Assembly: GCA_001599295.1 (NCBI GenBank)
Contig: BCGN01000010.1
Location: forward strand, 1-64,000
Length of the DNA stretch: 64,000 nt
Reading direction: 5' to 3'
Origin: Sporopachydermia quercuum
Lineage: Eukaryota
Part shown: piece by piece, positions 1-10,700 of the stretch
Layout: each line of letters starts with the position of its first letter
Numbering within the stretch: the stretch's first letter is position 1
Notes under the pieces: generated by a model
Databases searched by the model: none
Seen by the model: the letters and a program-made list of their open reading frames with translations, nothing else
Told to the model about the DNA's origin: nothing
Position numbers and translations under genes: made by a program

Positions 1-95
1 CCCAACTACCTCCCAACTACCTCCCAACTACCTCCCAACTACCTCCCAACTACCTCCCAACTACCTCCCAACTACCTCCCAACTACCTCCCAACT
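1..95. repeat. Telomeric repeat tract, 11-bp unit CCCAACTACCT (G-strand AGGTAGTTGGG), 8 full copies plus a 7-nt partial copy
   Basis: Perfect tandem repeat at the very start of the sequence, C-rich on the + strand as expected for a left chromosome end. Units start at 1, 12, 23 ... 89. Confidence 0.92.
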
Positions 96-1248
96 GCAGG
101 TTTTATTTTTTGAGCATAAGATCTAGTTTCACTGTTGTCCATTTTCATAAACACATGCAAGTGAATTAGCAATAATTGGCGATTCATTATTCAAAGGATG
201 GTAAGATAATGAGCAAGTGTGCTGTAGTCTTCTGTTGCAGCAGGACAAGAGAGGAATGACCAAATGAATATGAATTCCCAATATTCATCATTTTTTTTCT
301 CGGTATTGAAAACCAACAAGTAGCCAAATTCAGCAAAGGTATATTCCTATAATTCAAATCCCCAATAATTATGTTTGACACTTCTGATAGATAGAAATAT
401 ATCCTAACCCTATCAGTTAATAACAGTACCTTTTATTTTTTTTTGTTCAGTCATTTTAACGTTTCGCTTCATTTGTTTTTTCAACCGCGTCCCATCTCAT
501 ATCAGTCACTCCATTAGAGAAAGAGTTATCCAAATTGTTACCTGATGACGCAACAGAAACGTAGAGAGCACTTAAAGCAAGAATATGAGCTACAGAAGAG
601 ACTATAAGAAATCATCCAGCATTTAGTTCAATAGTGGGTCATAGCTGATTGGAAATAAATAGAAAGCGGTTATTAAGAAGAGTTCGGCTACTAACTGATT
701 GAAAATTTTTTAAAAATTAGACTGCTCAGTCATCGATTCCTTACATATCTTTTAAAACATATCTTACAAGAGAGGGGAAGCATCGAGTAGAAGAGATATA
801 AAAAATGGGATTAGATCCATTCCATAACAGGATTCCAATTACCAAAGAATTGTTATGTTAGATATGCGAATGAATTACCTATTGCTGTTCAAAAGTACAG
901 CGTTGGTTTGGTATAGCGATTCCCAATGACATTGGTTTAATTTAACCACTATACTCCCTAAGAGATGATTGCCGGGAATAAAAGGATTCGAACTAATATC
1001 TCAACTTAAATTAAAGTGAATACCTAATCTGAATTCAATATCTCAGAGTCCACAATTGTAATCAAAGTGACAAAACATAATATCACAAACAACTGATTCA
1101 GTAATTCGCAAACACACCTTCTGACGACTTCTTCTTATTTATCAGCTAGGACTTCTATCAATACAAGTTCTCGGATGTCTAACCAGTCCAAATGTAGATA
1201 ATGCTATGTAATCTCGGCTTCACCGCTTGCGAGATTTCTTTGCCCCAC

Positions 1249-4092
1249 CTAGTTCATTACTTTGAAGTACAAAGAGTCGATTTTGTTCCAGAAATCATCG
1301 TCCAGGTTGAAATCCCCCGTGAGTTGAATGTCGTCGGCCAAATCGACTTCAACAGCCTGTTCGCCGAACACATCGATCCCCGCTCCGGCGGGGCCAGCTT
1401 GCGGGACAGGCGTGGCACAACGGCAAGCCGACGAAGAGGATATGTGCCTGGTAGAAGTTGTGCCAGAACCTAACTCCAAATAGTTGCAAGGGTTTACTCT
1501 AACCGGGAAAAAGAGGGGCCGGATATGCCCGTTTGCTTCGGGTTCGGGTTCGATCTCGGCCTCTGATTCGGCTCGCCGTTCAGCTTCACCCTCCTGTTCC
1601 GGGTCTAGTTCCCCTTCTGTGTGTTCTGATCTTTTCCGCATTCTCCCTGTTCCCGCTTTTTCGGCCTCTCCATTCACGAAATTCGACAGGTTCATCCGCT
1701 TATCGGATCCAGGCCGCTTCCCTGGAGTTCCTCCTCCCATTGCCTCTCCGGACCCCGCTCCCTGCCCGATCGGAATCTCCTGGTTATACAAACTCGTCTC
1801 CAGTAGCTTGTCGAACAATATCCGGAAACTGTCAGCTTTTTTCGTCCGTTCCGAGAACACATATAGAAGCATGGAACAGTGTCGGATGTAATTGTGGAAA
1901 CGCCAGTGTCCCGCCCGCCGTACTGTTCCTGTTCCTGCCCCTCCTTCACTAGTTGTCCCACTAGCTGCCTCTAGATTCACTATACAATAGGCCAGTGTCA
2001 CCCCCACCAAGAATATCGTATGCAGGGAAAACATACTAAACCCAAATATGGCATCCTTGTACAAATCCAAATAGGCTCGGCATACTCCGCCCGCCGCATC
2101 GCAGGTCATCACCAGCAGCTCGCACTTTTCCCCGGCATCGGCAAACTGCCGGTTCATCAGCCGGGTAAGCAGAAGGAGCAACTTGGCTCGATGATAGCAC
2201 AAAAGCAGGTATTCGAACGGAACTGTGTATTTCATGCCCTTATTGAACACTGCGGGGTCGGGGAGCTGCAGCTTCCACAGTTCAAGGTCCCGGATGAGCC
2301 CCGCGTACTCCTTGGCAAAGCACTTTTTACCAATAGCCATGGCGGGACCGCCGGAGCCGCTACTGGCACCGGAGGAACTGCGGGGTACAGGGGAGTGGCA
2401 TTTGCGCTCCAAATTGGTGATGTTTCCTTCAATCTCCCGAATCCGGCACAATTGGACTAAATAGGAAGTCAACGTGACCCGGTCAGGAAGAGTTACTCGG
2501 TGTGATCCGAGTTCCGCCTGTTTCCGCTGCTGCGCCAGCTGCAAATCCCGTAATTCCCCAATTGGAATATCCTCCACACACTCAATACTGAGAGGATAAG
2601 GCACATCGATCTCGGAGTCGGAGATTAACGCGGGACGACCCAAAATCAGGCACAAAAGCTTCTCAAACGCATAGACAGACCAAAATAGCCGCTTCATCAG
2701 CTCATATTCCCGAGCCGTTTTTTCTACAGGGTACTTGAACCGATGTGCTCCGATCTGCACTAGCTTGCGAATGCCGATGCCCGAAAGCTCCCATACATTA
2801 AGTGCGAACGGATTAGCTGTATCATAGCAGTAAATGAGGCACAAGGAGAGGGACATTATGAGGCGGATTTGCTGGATTGAGTCAAGCGGGGCAGGGATGC
2901 GGGACAGGTGGTGGAGGACGCGGCGAAAGTACGTTTCCGGAGCGGGACAGTTGTTGGTTTTGGACAAACGGGCGAGCCGACATCCGGTTGCTAGGACGAG
3001 AAAGGCTAGGCATTTGTCGTACTCGGACCCCCCATGCGCATGCGAGATATTGTCCCTTTCCCTTCTGGATTTCCCGCGGGAGAACTCGGGAAAAAGCCGC
3101 TTCACAGTGCTCGGCTCAATAAACTGGTACCGCTGACATATGAAATTCAAATACAGTTTCACAAACAGCGGTTCCGACATCTGCGATGCGGTTTCGACCC
3201 ATTCGGCCCCGGAGTCCAGCTTCGGCTTTTCCGCCTGTATTTGCCGGGCCGAACTTGCTGAGTTTGCCGAGTTTACCGAAGCGTCGTGGTAATTGTTGCC
3301 GAGCATCAACTGTTTAATGGCGTTTACTTTGGAGATGATGGCCGTTGATCCAATGTAGGTGTTTTCCGGGATTTTCCGGTTCAGGAGAGTCCAGATCGAT
3401 TTGAGGAAGATTTCCGTCTGGGAAGGTGAGGCAGAAGTGGGGACGGGGTTGGGTATATGGAATCGGAGGGTAGCGTTTTCCTGTTTTATCACTTCGAGCT
3501 CGGCAGTGAGCTGGGCGATCCGGGCGTTGAGGACTTCGGGAGAGTTGGATACAGAAGTGGGAGTAGGAACCGAAGAAGAGATTTCGGCAGACAGAGTGAC
3601 AGGATCTTTAATGGAATTGTCATTTCTTTTAACACCAGGGCCAGGTCCCCCGCCAAACTGTTGAAACGTCTTGTTGCTCTCAGTTGCCCCGCTCAACGGA
3701 GATTCCTGCGGGGTATGCGAAGTCTGTGGGGAATCTCCTGACGGAACAGGTACTCCCCCAACTCCGGCCGCAGCTTCGGGAACTCCTGGAACACTATAAA
3801 ACATACAGGATGAGTACACACACTTGTTTTTTGACTTGCTGCAGGTTGCACACGGAGAGCGCCCGTCGCATTTCTTCTTCCGCTTCCGACACCGGTCGCA
3901 AGCAGCAACGACCCGCTTTCGTCTTTTACTGCCCGGTAGGGGTGTGCAGCTTGCGACCAGCTCATTTGCAAGTAGCGGGGTAGAAACATGCCAGGAGTAT
4001 TCTTGGTCCGTAATCATTGATGGGGCAGAGTTGCTGACCAGCGCAAATTTAAGATTGGCGGAGAAGTTCAGAAGAAGATCGGAATGTACCAT
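1249..4092 (-). CDS. Zn(II)2Cys6 transcription factor with fungal TF middle homology region (probably Ppr1/UaY-like); putative cluster regulator
   Basis: ACDRCRKRKKKCDGRSPCATCSKSKNKCVY zinc cluster, then a coiled coil and an MHR (KRLFWSVYAFEKLLCLILGRP). First in-frame ATG is at 4092, alternative at 4017; the ORF-track start at 4221 is not ATG. Confidence 0.9.
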   Translation of the reverse strand: MVHSDLLLNFSANLKFALVSNSAPSMITDQEYSWHVSTPLLANELVASCTPLPGSKRRKRVVAACDRCRKRKKKCDGRSPCATCSKSKNKCVYSSCMFYSVPGVPEAAAGVGGVPVPSGDSPQTSHTPQESPLSGATESNKTFQQFGGGPGPGVKRNDNSIKDPVTLSAEISSSVPTPTSVSNSPEVLNARIAQLTAELEVIKQENATLRFHIPNPVPTSASPSQTEIFLKSIWTLLNRKIPENTYIGSTAIISKVNAIKQLMLGNNYHDASVNSANSASSARQIQAEKPKLDSGAEWVETASQMSEPLFVKLYLNFICQRYQFIEPSTVKRLFPEFSRGKSRRERDNISHAHGGSEYDKCLAFLVLATGCRLARLSKTNNCPAPETYFRRVLHHLSRIPAPLDSIQQIRLIMSLSLCLIYCYDTANPFALNVWELSGIGIRKLVQIGAHRFKYPVEKTAREYELMKRLFWSVYAFEKLLCLILGRPALISDSEIDVPYPLSIECVEDIPIGELRDLQLAQQRKQAELGSHRVTLPDRVTLTSYLVQLCRIREIEGNITNLERKCHSPVPRSSSGASSGSGGPAMAIGKKCFAKEYAGLIRDLELWKLQLPDPAVFNKGMKYTVPFEYLLLCYHRAKLLLLLTRLMNRQFADAGEKCELLVMTCDAAGGVCRAYLDLYKDAIFGFSMFSLHTIFLVGVTLAYCIVNLEAASGTTSEGGAGTGTVRRAGHWRFHNYIRHCSMLLYVFSERTKKADSFRILFDKLLETSLYNQEIPIGQGAGSGEAMGGGTPGKRPGSDKRMNLSNFVNGEAEKAGTGRMRKRSEHTEGELDPEQEGEAERRAESEAEIEPEPEANGHIRPLFFPVRVNPCNYLELGSGTTSTRHISSSSACRCATPVPQAGPAGAGIDVFGEQAVEVDLADDIQLTGDFNLDDDFWNKIDSLYFKVMN

Positions 4093-4237
4093 CAGGTATT
4101 TGTGGAACTGTGGGGTGTAAGGAGGACAAATAGAAGAAGAGCGGTGCGGAAGTTCCGTTGTACAAGTATGATGAGCGGGAAGAGAATGAGGAAAAATTGA
4201 AAATATGTTTATGGAACACAAAAATATGGAAGATAGA

Positions 4238-4255
4238 GATAAGGTTAAGGTTAAG
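4238..4255. promoter_or_regulatory. Shared cluster promoter motif TAAGGTTAAGGTTAAG overlapping a GATAAG site
   Basis: The same tandem motif lies upstream of all four cluster genes. Confidence 0.6.
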
Positions 4256-4895
4256 CTTAGAGTTTGAGATACTTCGCTTGTTGAATGATTTACACTTTTA
4301 AATTTTTAGACCGATCTTTTATTTAAGGTTTTCGGGCTAAAACTTTAATAATATCTGCAGCGACATGCCGTATGATTAAACTGTATTCTCATAATTGGTA
4401 GTCGGTCGTTTCTTCTCTCAATCACTTGATCGCTTGCTGATAGCTCTCCATTCTCGATTGTATTACCTCATTTATTACCTGTTTTGTTAATGATTCATCA
4501 CTACTTTGAGAATGTATACCTACCCGTTTGAAGAGTAGGAAATGCTGGTTTTGAAAAGCACACGAAGCGAGCAGGAGAAGCAAATGTCGCCTGGAGGATG
4601 CTGCAAATTATACACACCTCCATGCATACGCTGGTAGCAAAGCTGCCTTAGCGTATCACAATTAGAGAGTATTACTGCATAAAAGTGACTATGAGATAAG
4701 AGCCTACTGTAATATAGAACTACGAACAAAGAATATAAAATTGCTATATTAAATAGTCAGGAAAGTGACTTGTTTAACTGGATTTCAATAGACGGTTTAG
4801 TAGAATAAGCTGATCTGATGGGAAATAAGGTGACACTCATGCACATATTTACACACATCTGCAGCCTTAAGACAGTATCTAACACGGAGCAGAAC

Positions 4896-6191
4896 TCAAA
4901 GCTTGGAAACCGGCATCTTAGGTAGAAACTCGGCTGTCGCCAAATCAAAATGCTCCCGAGGCAATCGAGAACTTCCTTTGCCCTTGAACTCGGGATCTTT
5001 CTTCCATCTCCATACAGCTTCCAGCTCCTTATCGAGACCCCCGTAGAGCTTTTTATAGATATGGGTCCCAATATTAGGCAGGAACTTGAAAGCATGCGAA
5101 GTGTCCCCAGTGCAAGCGTATACTCCGCTGTAACCGGCAAACGGGACCTTGTCAATCAGGAAGAAGGAATCACAAGAATCGGCAGCCCAGCAGGTTTTGC
5201 TGTCAATTAACGGATGTTTCGACAGCTCGGGGACCATCATATCTAGCACAAAACGGATGTCGGCTTCCGCCTGCATGGGAATTGTATCATGAGGAGATTC
5301 CGTTTGGTAACGAGCCACAGTAATTTCCCTTCCCGGGACGAATTTATCTTCGGTTATGGCGTATCCGTCTTTCGTAGTAGCGACAATTTTGATTCGTTTT
5401 GTTTTTGCCTCCGGCGGGAAGAAATAGCCGAATTGGGCCGAGAAAAAAATGGGCATGTCTTTGTACTTTTCAAATTCGGCATCCGAAAGCTGAATATGCG
5501 ACACAAATGAACACCAGGTCCGAGTTTGGTTGTCCAACGGAAGAAGCCGGTTTGTAGCCGCCCCGCAGGAGACTAAAATCTTCTCCGCTGTGTATTTTTT
5601 ACCGGATTTAACCTCTACGGAATGGTCCCCGAGCCCAACAGCCTGACCGTCGTTTCCGAAGGCAAACTTTACCCCGAACAGCTTGGCTTGCTCGTAAGCC
5701 TTCCGCAGTGCATTGGCGGCCAGACCGACTCCGTTGTCCCGGTTGTAGATGCTACGGAACTTCGCGGGCAATTTATTTTCGCGGAAATGCGAGAATCGGG
5801 ATTTCACGACCTCTGAGTCGGTGATAATCTCCAGTTGTTGTTTGATATTGAGCTGTTTAAGGTTTTTCAGCGAATTGACTTCGTAGATGGCCCGAGTGGA
5901 CTCGGAATCGAACGGCGACAGAGTCAGTCTCCCCGAACGGACAAAGCAATCTCGGTACAAGGGGTCGTTTTCCCACATTTGGAAGGCCTCGTAGGCCAAT
6001 TTGCAGGTAATCAGATCGCTGTATTCCACGCGGACTATCTTGTTGAGGTCGTTAGCGGCAGACCAGGGAGACGGAGGCTCGTAGGCGTCAATACATAGCA
6101 CGGAGTGGCCGAAACGACCCAATTCAATAGCAGTGGAGAGCCCGAACACACCCGCACCGACGACAATTACTTCATACTGAGTGGGCGCCAT
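4896..6191 (-). CDS. FAD-dependent amine oxidase (sarcosine/pipecolate/saccharopine/fructosyl-amino acid oxidase family), peroxisomal PTS1
   Basis: N-terminal VVGAGVFGLS dinucleotide fold, SAANDLNKIVR family motif, KTCW (probable flavinylated Cys), GDTSHAFKFLP, and C-terminal SKL. ATG at 6191. Confidence 0.9.
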   Translation of the reverse strand: MAPTQYEVIVVGAGVFGLSTAIELGRFGHSVLCIDAYEPPSPWSAANDLNKIVRVEYSDLITCKLAYEAFQMWENDPLYRDCFVRSGRLTLSPFDSESTRAIYEVNSLKNLKQLNIKQQLEIITDSEVVKSRFSHFRENKLPAKFRSIYNRDNGVGLAANALRKAYEQAKLFGVKFAFGNDGQAVGLGDHSVEVKSGKKYTAEKILVSCGAATNRLLPLDNQTRTWCSFVSHIQLSDAEFEKYKDMPIFFSAQFGYFFPPEAKTKRIKIVATTKDGYAITEDKFVPGREITVARYQTESPHDTIPMQAEADIRFVLDMMVPELSKHPLIDSKTCWAADSCDSFFLIDKVPFAGYSGVYACTGDTSHAFKFLPNIGTHIYKKLYGGLDKELEAVWRWKKDPEFKGKGSSRLPREHFDLATAEFLPKMPVSKL

Positions 6192-6428
6192 CTTGAAAGG
6201 AAATTGGTGTTCTAAAGTGTTAATGGAGGTGGAATTGGAAAATGGCACAGTTTAAGGAATAATATGGCTAATATGACTAATAAGAGCTCTGAATAGCGAG
6301 CATAAACGTGTGGTGCTAGGGAAAAGTTTTATATGAACAATTGTGCTGTGTGGATGTTGAAAACCAGTTGAACAACATGATGAGAGAACAGATTTGCAGG
6401 ATCAATTCGTAATTATGGGAAGTAAGCT

Positions 6429-6546
6429 TGTCGGAAGCTCCGATGCTGGTTTCAGTTCCGAGGGAAGAGATCATATCTAAGTTAAGGTTAAAGGTTAGGT
6501 TGCTTATCTCTCATCGGTTACCAAAAAAGGGGCCCGCCCGCTTATC
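6429..6546. promoter_or_regulatory. Oxidase promoter module: TGTCGG-AAGCT-CCGA (CGG-N5-CCG), TAAGTTAAGGTTAAAGGTTAGGTT, two GATAAG sites
   Basis: Motifs at 6429-6443, 6478-6501, 6503-6508 and 6541-6546. Confidence 0.6.
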
Positions 6547-7759
6547 TTGAAACCTTCCCAGTACAGAAATGTGATAGCTTTTGAGTTCAGAGGTGAGAAT
6601 CAAGAATATGCATATACGTGCAGATTGCTCACATATATTATTGATTATGTAATATTGTATTCACAAGAGCTGACATGCAATTAGTTGAACAAGTTGAATA
6701 GACCCGTACAGAGCAATAGTATCAACATACACAACCACGATTTACATGCTAGCAATGTCGCAGATATAAATAACTACGTCCGGCGTGATAGGGTACTATA
6801 TCGCACTTGAACTAGAGAATGTTATATAACGAAGTCTCTAAAACTACAGTTTTAAGTAATCATATCATTGTAAGCGGCGTATACGAGATCAGTAATATAT
6901 TGATCATTCGTGATTTTGTACTTTGACTGCTGTTCGTTCTGGAAACCATGGTCTTGATTACCTCACTCTTGAGGAACGCGATTCAGCGCAAGACTATTGC
7001 ATTATGTTTAGATCTTTGTGGTCCGTCTCGTCTTCTGGAAATACGGGGAGTGTACAAAAACATGGGCGATCCACAAGAGTATTCTTCCTGTCTGTGACAC
7101 ATTGCAAGTATCACTCAGAATATATATACAAGTTCTAATGCATATGGTACATCGTATGTGGTTGTAAGATGATTTGAAGTCCCAAAATGTAGGCCGTGAG
7201 ACCATTATTATGTCATTGGGCCACTAGTTATAACCCTTCCTTCGTAGATTATGGGTGCAAAGTGAGATGAGATGAGCTGAGTATGAAGTACATGTGGAAA
7301 CAGGAAGACTTTGGGAAAGAAAGAATGCGAAGCAATTGTATCAAAACATCATTATAAGGTTGCAAGAGTTAGTAATAAAGCGATTCAGATGTTTTATTAT
7401 CCAGTGCTATTGTCACTTGCTATTTCCTGGTCACTTACCAGGATTCTAGTCAATCGAATATGATAAATATGCAATATTCAAATCAAATAGCAATCGATAG
7501 GCACACTTCGCTGGTTTCTGCAGTTTGACGACACAGTATCCTGTGTTCTCATTGTTAAACCGTTGATCAATTGCCAAATTCATGGCCAAATGTTCAATTT
7601 CTCACCTATAACCTCTTGAATCGCCCTTGTCTACACTTCTACACTCTCCTTACGAAGGCAAACAAAACAAATAATTTTATTGTATCAACACTCAAATGAT
7701 AGCAACACCAGCTCGCGAACAAACACAGCATCAACACCAAAACCCCAATAAACACACCT

Positions 7760-10700
7760 CTACTGAGAAGTGTTGGCCAAAACTTCACGGGCGGCAAATG
7801 AACCACCCGCCAAAGGCTGAACAGCATAACACGAGTAGTTGGAGATCGTGGCGATATTGAACTCATCGTAATCATCAAACATATTCTCCTCTCTTTCCTT
7901 TCGTGCCTTTTCATCCTCACCATATCCACCTCCACCAGGAGTGGCAATACAGATCATCTCGCCTTTTTTCACCATGAATTGAGCAAACCCAGGCAAATGG
8001 ATCCATCTCACTTTGCCATTCTTCACCCGGCCTAGCTTATTTTCACCCATAGCTCCAGGTCCACCCCCATAAAGACCGTACGGACAGTTGACTCTTCGCT
8101 GGGATCTCAGCGTGATACTCAGCTCTTCATCGAACTCATACAAACGCAAGAGACCATCGCCACCGTTCCATTTGCCCTTTCCCCCAGAATTGGTCCTTAA
8201 AGAGAACTCCCGTAATAACACAGGATACCGCTTTTCCAGAACTTCCGGATCGGTGATCTTGGTGTTAGTCATATGGCACTGCACACCGGACCATCCGTGA
8301 TGACCCCTGGAAGCACCAGAACCACCACCAATGGTCTCGACCATGGCAAAACCGGGTTTCATCTTCTTAGTGATAGGATCAATCCCACCTTTACCGAACG
8401 TGATGGTATTGTTGCTTCCTGTGGAGGCAGCACAGAGACCAAATGCTTTCAAAATAGTGTCATTGAGTCTTTGGGCTGTGATGGAGTTCGCTGCTGACAC
8501 AGCAGCGTGTTCGCTGGGGTTAAGAATGCTTCCTTCCGGGACAATCACCTTTACAGGCACCAGACAACCTTCATTCAGAGGAATGTCCTGCGCGAGCATC
8601 AACCTCAACGAGTATATCACACAGGCATGAGTGATAGCTATCGGGGCATTGCAAGGAGAAAAGGCTTCGTCAGAAGAACCCTCAAAATCAAAAATGGCCT
8701 CCCCAGTTTCTTCGTCGATTTGGATGGTCACTTGGATCACTGAGCCGTCATCAAGGATTTCCCGAGCTCTCAAGGGCAGCTTCCCGCGATGCTGCTTCGC
8801 AGTATGCTTCAAGAACTTCCGCACGGCAAGCTCGGCAGTACTCTTCATGTTAGACATATAAAACAGAACAGTAGCTGTGCCGTATTCTTGGAAAAGGTCC
8901 TTAACCAAGTTCACTCCTTTTTGATTGGCGGCGATTTGAGCCTTCAGATCAGACAGGTTATCGTTAAGATTTCTTGTGCCGGAACAGCCAGGATACTGTG
9001 CCGGATCCTCGACAAAGAACTTGTTGACCCCATCGTAGTCGAAAAGACCATTAGAAACAATCTTCCAGTGCTTGAATTGGGCCCCCTCCTGGTACAACTC
9101 CGTGGCGTCAGCAGCACAGGATCCGGGGGCAGAACCACCGATTTCAGCGTGATGGGCACGCGAGGCGGTGAAAAATCTCAAATACCCGTCAATGAATACA
9201 GGAGAAATCAACGTGATATCTGGCAAATGTGTGCCACCTGCTCTGGGATGATTAGAAGCCAGAATGTCTCCAGGATGTAAATCGTGTTCCCAGTGGGCCT
9301 TGGCATACTTAATACAGTGTGACATTGAACCCAAATGTACAGGGACATGAGGGGCATTAGCAGTGAGGTTCCCGTCCCCGTCGAACAGGGCGCACGAGAA
9401 ATCTAACCGCTCCTTGATATTAGCCGAAATGGCGATCTTCTGCAGGGTAATTCCCATAGCTTCTGCAATGGCCATGAATCTGTTCTGGAACACAGCCAAT
9501 AGAATAGGATCCACTACCAGAGAGATAGAAACAGCATCCGTATTCGACAAGCTGAGGATATCTAGGGAAGATTGAGAGGACTCTGTCACGTACAAGCTTT
9601 CCGGGTCAGACGACAGGGAAGAGGTTTCGCCGGCCTCCGAAGCAGAAGCGGATATGGGTGCCGAGGCGAGGGGAAGATCCTCGGAAGTGGTTTCGCAAGT
9701 AACAATTGCCATTCCTGCTACTGTTGCCGCAGCCTCCATCGCTGTCCCGTCCAACACAATATGCCTAGGCAGAACAATCGCCTGCCAACCAGGATTCACC
9801 ACAATAGTCTGGGTACTATCAAGCAATATCGCAGGACCATCCACCTTGTCTCCCACCGCCAATGCGTCTATCTTATACACATACGTCTCACATAGCTGAC
9901 CCTTCTCGCTGCCCTTCAAAGGAAACCATACCGGCTGCACTTTCATGTCTTTAATGCCTTTCCCGACGGTTCTAATACTTACCGTCTCTAAATCCTCATA
10001 AGGCGATCGTTCTGATAGCTTCCCAGTGTTTCCAGTGACCCGTACTCGGATATCATGCACCAGCACGTCACGCTTGGGGTCAATGAAGGAAAACTCCCGT
10101 AAATGAGTCTCGTTGAAAAGATCAATGAAATCCTTCTCAACATTGCGAAGGACCATCAGCTTGGTTTCCGAACCTCGGTAGCCCATATTGAAGTAATAAT
10201 CGGCATTGATTGTATTAAGATCAACCCCTTGCAGTACGAGCTGCTGCACCAGGTTTTCCTCTTTTACAGCGCATAACTTCAAAAGCTGGTCACGGGTGGC
10301 TTCCGAGTACACCTCGTCGCAAGGGCTCATTCCCTCCTTGACAATGTCAGCAAGGCCAATTCCGTAGGCGGAAAGAATAGAAGAGTACCGGTGGATGATC
10401 ACCCGGGACATGCCCAAGATGGTGGCCACGTCAACGCAGTTTTGGCCCCCAGCCCCACCAAAACTGGCTAGATTATGCTTGCACATGTTGTATCCTTTGG
10501 CCTCGGTGATGGCTCGGATAGGTTTGGCCATGGAGTAGTTCGCAACTTTCAGGTAGCCAAGGGCAACCTCATAGCTGGTCTTGTAGTTGCCAGGGTTGTC
10601 TTTGTTGATGCGGTCAGTGAGCTCTTGGAACTTTGTATCTACAATATCGTAGTCCAGAGGCTGATCTTCGTTTTTCCCAAATATAGAAGGGAAAAACTCG

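Noticed and set aside
1..95. Tandem repeat as CRISPR array or minisatellite
   Set aside because: No spacers, eukaryotic context, and terminal position with strand asymmetry indicate a telomere.
1201..4120. Many short + strand and nested ORFs over the first TF (and similar ones over OXP1, MYO5, DUN1, SAK1)
   Set aside because: Antisense or alternate-frame shadows of long genuine CDSs, with no recognisable motifs.
6923..7205. Short ORFs including an off-track DLCGP peptide reminiscent of copia integrase
   Set aside because: A five-residue match with no supporting flanking motifs.
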